Assembly (NCBI GenBank): GCA_016703125.1
Contig: JADJCR010000001.1
Span: 71,173-135,172, forward strand
DNA: 64,000 nt
Source of the DNA: Micrococcales bacterium
GTDB lineage: Bacteria > Actinomycetota > Actinomycetes > S36-B12 > UBA10799
Direction: 5' to 3'
Both the position numbers and the translations under genes were made by a program. Below, one piece after another: positions 60,295 through 64,000 of the stretch. A model generated the notes under the pieces. The model had not been told where the DNA came from and made no database searches. It saw nothing but the letters and a program-made list of their open reading frames with translations. Position 1 is the first letter of the stretch, and each line of letters opens with the position of its first letter.

Positions 60295-61745
60295 ACGACG
60301 TACGTGTCCGCTTCTGCCCCTCGCCCACCGGGAACCCACATGTGGGGATGGTGCGGACCGCGTTGTTCAACTGGGCGTTCGCGCGTCGTCACGGCGGCAC
60401 GTTCGTGTTCCGCATCGAGGACACCGACTCGGCGCGGGACTCCGAGGAGAGCTTCCAGGCGCTGCTCGACACCTTGCGCTGGCTGCACCTCGACTGGGAC
60501 GAGGGCCCCGGGGTGGGTGGGCCGTACGGACCGTACCGGCAGTCCCAGCGCCTCGACTCCTACACCCGTGCCGCCGAGCAGTTGCTCGACGAGGGCAAGG
60601 CATACCGCTGCTATTGCACCCCGGAGGAACTCGAAGCACAGCGCGAACTGGCGCGGGCCGAAGGGCGGCCTCCGGGGTACGAGGGCACGTGCCGCAACCT
60701 CACGGCCGAGCAGATCGCCGCCTACGACGCGCAGGGCCGCACTTCGGTGATCCGGGTGCGGATGCCCGACCACGACTGGCACTGGCACGATCTGGTGCGC
60801 GGCGACATCACGGTCCACGACGAGCACGTGCCCGACTTCGTGATCGTGCGGGCCAACGGCGAGCCGCTGTACACCCTGGTCAACCCGGTGGACGACATCG
60901 CGATGCGGATCACACACGTCCTGCGTGGGGAGGACCTGTTGTCCAGCACGCCCCGGCAGTTGGCGATGTACGAGCACCTCGGCGCTCCGGTGCCCGAGTT
61001 CGGCCACCTCCCGTACGTGATGGGGGAGGGCAACAAGAAGCTCAGCAAGCGCGACCCGCAATCGGCCTTCAACACCTACGTGCGCGACGGCTACCTGCCA
61101 GAGGCGATGGCGAACTACCTGGCGCTGCTCGGCTGGTCCATCGGCGAGGACCGGGAGTTCTTCTCCCTGCAGGAGATGGCCGAGCACTTCGACATCACCC
61201 GCGTCAATGCCAGCCCTGCCCGATTCGACGTGAAGAAGTGCACCGCTATCAACGGGGACTGGATCCGCCACCTGCAGACCGAGGACCTCGCCGAGCGGAT
61301 GATCCCGTTCCTGCAGCGTGACGGGGTGCTGGGAGCAGAGATCAGCGACGAGCATCGGGCGCTGCTGACGGCGGCCACGCCCTTGGTCCAGGAACGCATG
61401 GAGACCCTGGCGCAGGCCACGGGGATGCTCGGCTTCTTGTTCGCCGGCGACGGCTTCCAGGTCGACCCCGACGACGCCCAGAAGGTGCTGACCGAGCAGG
61501 GCATCGACGTGGTGGCGGCGGCCGCCCGGGCGGTGGCCGACCTCCCGGAGTTCTCCGCCGACCCGATCCAGCAGGCGCTGCGAACGGTTCTGGTGGACGA
61601 GATGGGGATCAAACCCAAGCTCGCTTTCGGGCCGGTCCGGGTGGCCATCACGGGGCGCCGGGTCTCTCCGCCGCTGTTCGAGTCGATGGAGTTACTCGGT
61701 CGCGAGGAGAGCCTGCGGCGCCTGCGCGCGGCCCTGTCCGGCTAG
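60291..61745 (+). CDS. gltX: Glutamate--tRNA ligase
   Basis: The ATG overlaps the upstream stop (ATGA). It has [22 protein letters not shown] (HIGH-type), RIEDTD and KLSKRD (KMSKS-type). Confidence 0.92.
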   Translation: MNDVRVRFCPSPTGNPHVGMVRTALFNWAFARRHGGTFVFRIEDTDSARDSEESFQALLDTLRWLHLDWDEGPGVGGPYGPYRQSQRLDSYTRAAEQLLDEGKAYRCYCTPEELEAQRELARAEGRPPGYEGTCRNLTAEQIAAYDAQGRTSVIRVRMPDHDWHWHDLVRGDITVHDEHVPDFVIVRANGEPLYTLVNPVDDIAMRITHVLRGEDLLSSTPRQLAMYEHLGAPVPEFGHLPYVMGEGNKKLSKRDPQSAFNTYVRDGYLPEAMANYLALLGWSIGEDREFFSLQEMAEHFDITRVNASPARFDVKKCTAINGDWIRHLQTEDLAERMIPFLQRDGVLGAEISDEHRALLTAATPLVQERMETLAQATGMLGFLFAGDGFQVDPDDAQKVLTEQGIDVVAAAARAVADLPEFSADPIQQALRTVLVDEMGIKPKLAFGPVRVAITGRRVSPPLFESMELLGREESLRRLRAALSG

Positions 61746-61756
61746 CCGGACCGCCT

Positions 61757-61785
61757 TTCTGTGCCGTCGCCGGCCTAGGTATGCT
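61757..61785 (+). promoter_or_regulatory. Possible sigma-70-type promoter for the tRNA pair
   Basis: ttctgt (-35-like) is separated by 17 nt from tatgct (TANNNT -10), about 30 nt upstream of tRNA-Gln. This is a pattern match only. Confidence 0.3.
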
Positions 61786-61815
61786 GGAACAGTTGTCCTT
61801 CGCGGACGGCACCCT

Positions 61816-61887
61816 TGGGGTATGGGGTAATTGGCAGCCCGACTGGTTCTGGTCCAGTTAGTCTAGGTTCGAGTCCTGGTACCCCAG
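61816..61887 (+). tRNA. tRNA-Gln (anticodon CTG)
   Basis: I folded the cloverleaf by hand. Acceptor is TGGGGTA/TACCCCA with U1-A72. D-stem is GGGT/GCCC. Anticodon stem ACTGG/CCAGT carries loop TTCTGGT. T-arm is CTAGG-TTCGAGT-CCTGG. The discriminator is G and no CCA is encoded. Confidence 0.9.
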
Positions 61888-61908
61888 CGAGAACAGTGCT
61901 TCTCATCC

Positions 61909-61981
61909 GGCCCCGTTGTGTAGCGGCCTAGCACGCCGCCCTCTCAAGGCGGTAGCGCGGGTTCGAATCCCGTCGGGGCTA
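61909..61981 (+). tRNA. tRNA-Glu (anticodon CTC)
   Basis: I folded the cloverleaf by hand. Acceptor is GGCCCCG/CGGGGCT. D-arm is GTGT-AGCGGCCTA-GCAC. Anticodon stem CCGCC/GGCGG carries loop CTCTCAA. T-arm is GCGGG-TTCGAAT-CCCGT. The discriminator is A. The ends are accurate to about 1 nt. Confidence 0.9.
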
Positions 61982-61986
61982 CGTCG

Positions 61987-62024
61987 AAGGCCCCCACCCT
62001 CGTGGTGGGGGCCTTTCGTATTTC
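61987..62024 (+). terminator. Rho-independent terminator after the tRNA pair
   Basis: A perfect 12-bp stem, aaggcccccacc / ggtgggggcctt, has a 5-nt loop (ctcgt) and is followed by tcgtatttcg. Confidence 0.6.
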
Positions 62025-62082
62025 GGGCCGGGGACTCAGGCTGCCCACATCCGTTGGTGATGCGTACGGTCCGGTCCTCACC

Positions 62083-62766
62083 TCAGGCCCCGAGATCGTG
62101 ACCTACCTGGTCTGCGGCGTCGACGACGTGGCCTGCGAACCGGCGGCCGGGCCTGCGGCTCAGGCGGTCGATAGGTCCTGAGATGCTGACCGCCGCCACC
62201 ACCCGGTCGCCGGACCACACCGGGGCCGAGACGCTGGCGACGCCCGGCTCGCGCTCGCCGACACTCTCCGCCCAACCGCGTCTGCGCACCGAGGCGAGGC
62301 TCTCCCGGGGGAAACCGGACTCCGACTGCGACCAGGCCGTCAGCACCTGCGCCGCGGAGCCGGCGGCCATGGTGAGCAGGGCGCCCTCAGGGACTGTGTC
62401 CCGCAGGCCGGTGGCCGGTTCCACGCTGGCCACGCACAATCGCGCCGCACCCTGCCGCCGGTAGATCTGCGCACTTTCGCCGGTGAGGTCACGCAACCGC
62501 CGCAGCGCCGGCAGGGCCACGGTCCGCAGCCGATCGCCGCCCCCAGCGGCGTGCAACTCCGCGATGCGGGGACCGATGGTGTATCTGCCGGCGCCGTCCT
62601 TGGTCAGGAGGCGCAGGTCCACCAGTGAGGTGGCCAGCCGGTGGCAGGTGGCTCGGGGTTGTCCTGTGAGTGCCGCGAGGCCGGCTAGATCTTGTGGCCC
62701 CACTTCCAGGGCGTCCAGGATCGCCCCGGCCTTGACCAATGTTCCCACCGTGTTAGAGTTGTCCAC
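62083..62766 (-). CDS. IclR-family transcriptional regulator, divergent from leuC (LtbR-like position)
   Basis: Track ORF with an N-terminal wHTH (AGAILDALEVGPQDLAGLAALTGQPRATCHRLATSLVDLRLL) and a C-terminal IclR effector domain (...VASVSAPVW...AAVSISGP). Confidence 0.85.
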   Translation of the reverse strand: MDNSNTVGTLVKAGAILDALEVGPQDLAGLAALTGQPRATCHRLATSLVDLRLLTKDGAGRYTIGPRIAELHAAGGGDRLRTVALPALRRLRDLTGESAQIYRRQGAARLCVASVEPATGLRDTVPEGALLTMAAGSAAQVLTAWSQSESGFPRESLASVRRRGWAESVGEREPGVASVSAPVWSGDRVVAAVSISGPIDRLSRRPGRRFAGHVVDAADQVGHDLGA

Positions 62767-62780
62767 GAAGTGATACTACG

Positions 62781-62797
62781 ATCTCACTATGTGAGAT
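62781..62797. promoter_or_regulatory. Palindromic candidate operator in the iclR-leuC intergenic region
   Basis: ATCTCAC-tat-GTGAGAT is a perfect 7-bp inverted repeat. It sits 4 nt upstream of the leuC SD (aaggag, 62801-62806) inside a 46-bp intergenic region. Confidence 0.45.
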
Positions 62798-62812
62798 GGC
62801 AAGGAGATCGCG

Positions 62813-64000
62813 ATGGGCCGCACGCTGGCGGAGAAGGTGTGGGAAGCGCACGTGGTGCGCAGGGCCGAAGGGGAGCCGGACCTGCTCTACATCGACCTGC
62901 ATCTGGTCCACGAGGTGACCAGCCCCCAAGCGTTCGACGGCCTGCGGGCCACGGGCCGCACTGTGCGGCGGCCTGATCTCACGTTGGCTACTGAGGATCA
63001 CAACGTTCCCACCCTGGAGATCGACAAGCCCATCGCCGACCCGGTCTCGCGCGCCCAGGTCGATGCGCTGCGTCGCAACTGCGAGGAGTTCGGGGTCCCG
63101 ATCCGGCCGCTCGGTGACCCTGACCAGGGGATCGTGCATGTGGTCGGGCCGCAGCTGGGCCTGACTCAGCCGGGGATGACGGTCGTCTGCGGCGACAGCC
63201 ACACCTCCACTCACGGAGCCTTCGGCGCGCTGGCCTTCGGCATCGGCACCAGCGAGGTGGAGCACGTCCTGGCCACCCAGACCCTTCCTCTGAAGCCCTT
63301 CAAGACCATGGCGATCAACGTCGAGGGGCTGCTGCCGGAGGGCGTGACCGCCAAAGACCTGATCCTCGCGATCATCGCCAAGATCGGCACCGGCGGCGGG
63401 CAGGGGCACGTCCTGGAGTACCGCGGCTCGGCTATCGAGCAACTGTCCATGGAGCCCGCATGACGATCTGCAACATGTCGATCGAGGCCGGTGCCCGTGC
63501 CGGCATGATCGCCCCGGACGAGACCACTTTCGACTACCTGCGTGGGCGCGAACGGGCGCCGCAGGACTTCGATGCAGCAGTTGCGTACTGGCGAACGCTG
63601 GCCACCGACGACGATGCGGGATTCGACACGGAAGTGACCATCAACGCCTCGCAGTTGAGCCCGTTCGTCACGTGGGGCACCAATCCCGGGCAGGGCTTGC
63701 CGCTGAGTGCCTCCGTGCCGTCGCCGGATGACTTCGCCGAACCCACACAACAGGCAGCGGCCCGCAAGGCGCTGCAGTACATGGGCCTGGAGCCGGGCAC
63801 GCCGCTGAAGGACATCGCGGTGGACACCGTCTTCCTCGGGTCCTGCACGAACGGTCGCATCGAGGACCTGCGGGCAGCCGCCGACATCCTGCGCGGACGG
63901 AAGGTCAGCGACGCGGTGACGATGCTCGTCGTGCCCGGTTCGGTCAAGGTCCGGCTGCAGGCGCAGGCCGAGGGCCTGGACAAGGTGTTCGAAGCCGCCG
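62813..64000 (+). pseudogene. leuC: 3-isopropylmalate dehydratase large subunit, frameshifted near 63451-63457. The 3' end runs off the window.
   Basis: Track ORF 62813..63463 ([15 protein letters not shown]...[32 protein letters not shown]...) stops at ...LSMEPA*. The expected continuation [28 protein letters not shown]...[14 protein letters not shown] reads to the window end in the -1 frame. One base appears to be missing within atggag^cccgc. Confidence 0.9.

Noticed and set aside
61916-62101. 61-aa ORF overlapping tRNA-Glu and the terminator
   Set aside because: It lies entirely within a well-folding tRNA and a 12-bp terminator stem, so it is not a plausible coding region.

Overview
This is a very high-GC chromosomal segment, roughly 70% GC by eye, and looks actinobacterial. 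The backbone is the conserved branched-chain amino-acid synteny: ilvD, ilvB-ilvN-ilvC, serA, leuA, leuB, ilvE, cimA, gltX, tRNA-Gln/tRNA-Glu and an IclR regulator divergent from leuC. About 30 kb of accessory metabolism interrupts this backbone. It holds glutamate decarboxylase, two S8 peptidases, a Dpp/Opp-type peptide ABC transporter, oligopeptidase B, an acyl-CoA-type operon and a gamma-glutamylation (GS-like/ALDH/SDR) cluster. The 5' end carries pta (partial), an ATP-grasp/alpha-E/transglutaminase triad and a cell-envelope block (L,D-transpeptidase plus an 1179-aa secreted protein). I found no transposase, integrase, CRISPR array or recognisable defence system. Four things stand out. (1) A ~495-bp tract of ~89% G at 50956-51450 starts with an uninterrupted run of ~108 G and sits inside a ~133-bp tandem-repeat array. 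(2) Nine otherwise intact genes, including ilvD and leuC, are broken by single-base frameshifts. Together with the poly-G tract this points to assembly or sequencing error rather than biology. (3) Three short ORFs rich in Ile/Leu/Val codons lie upstream of ilvB, leuA and cimA and look like leader-peptide attenuators. (4) Several tightly coupled operons have no known function. All product calls come from reading motifs in the supplied translations, since no database search was possible.
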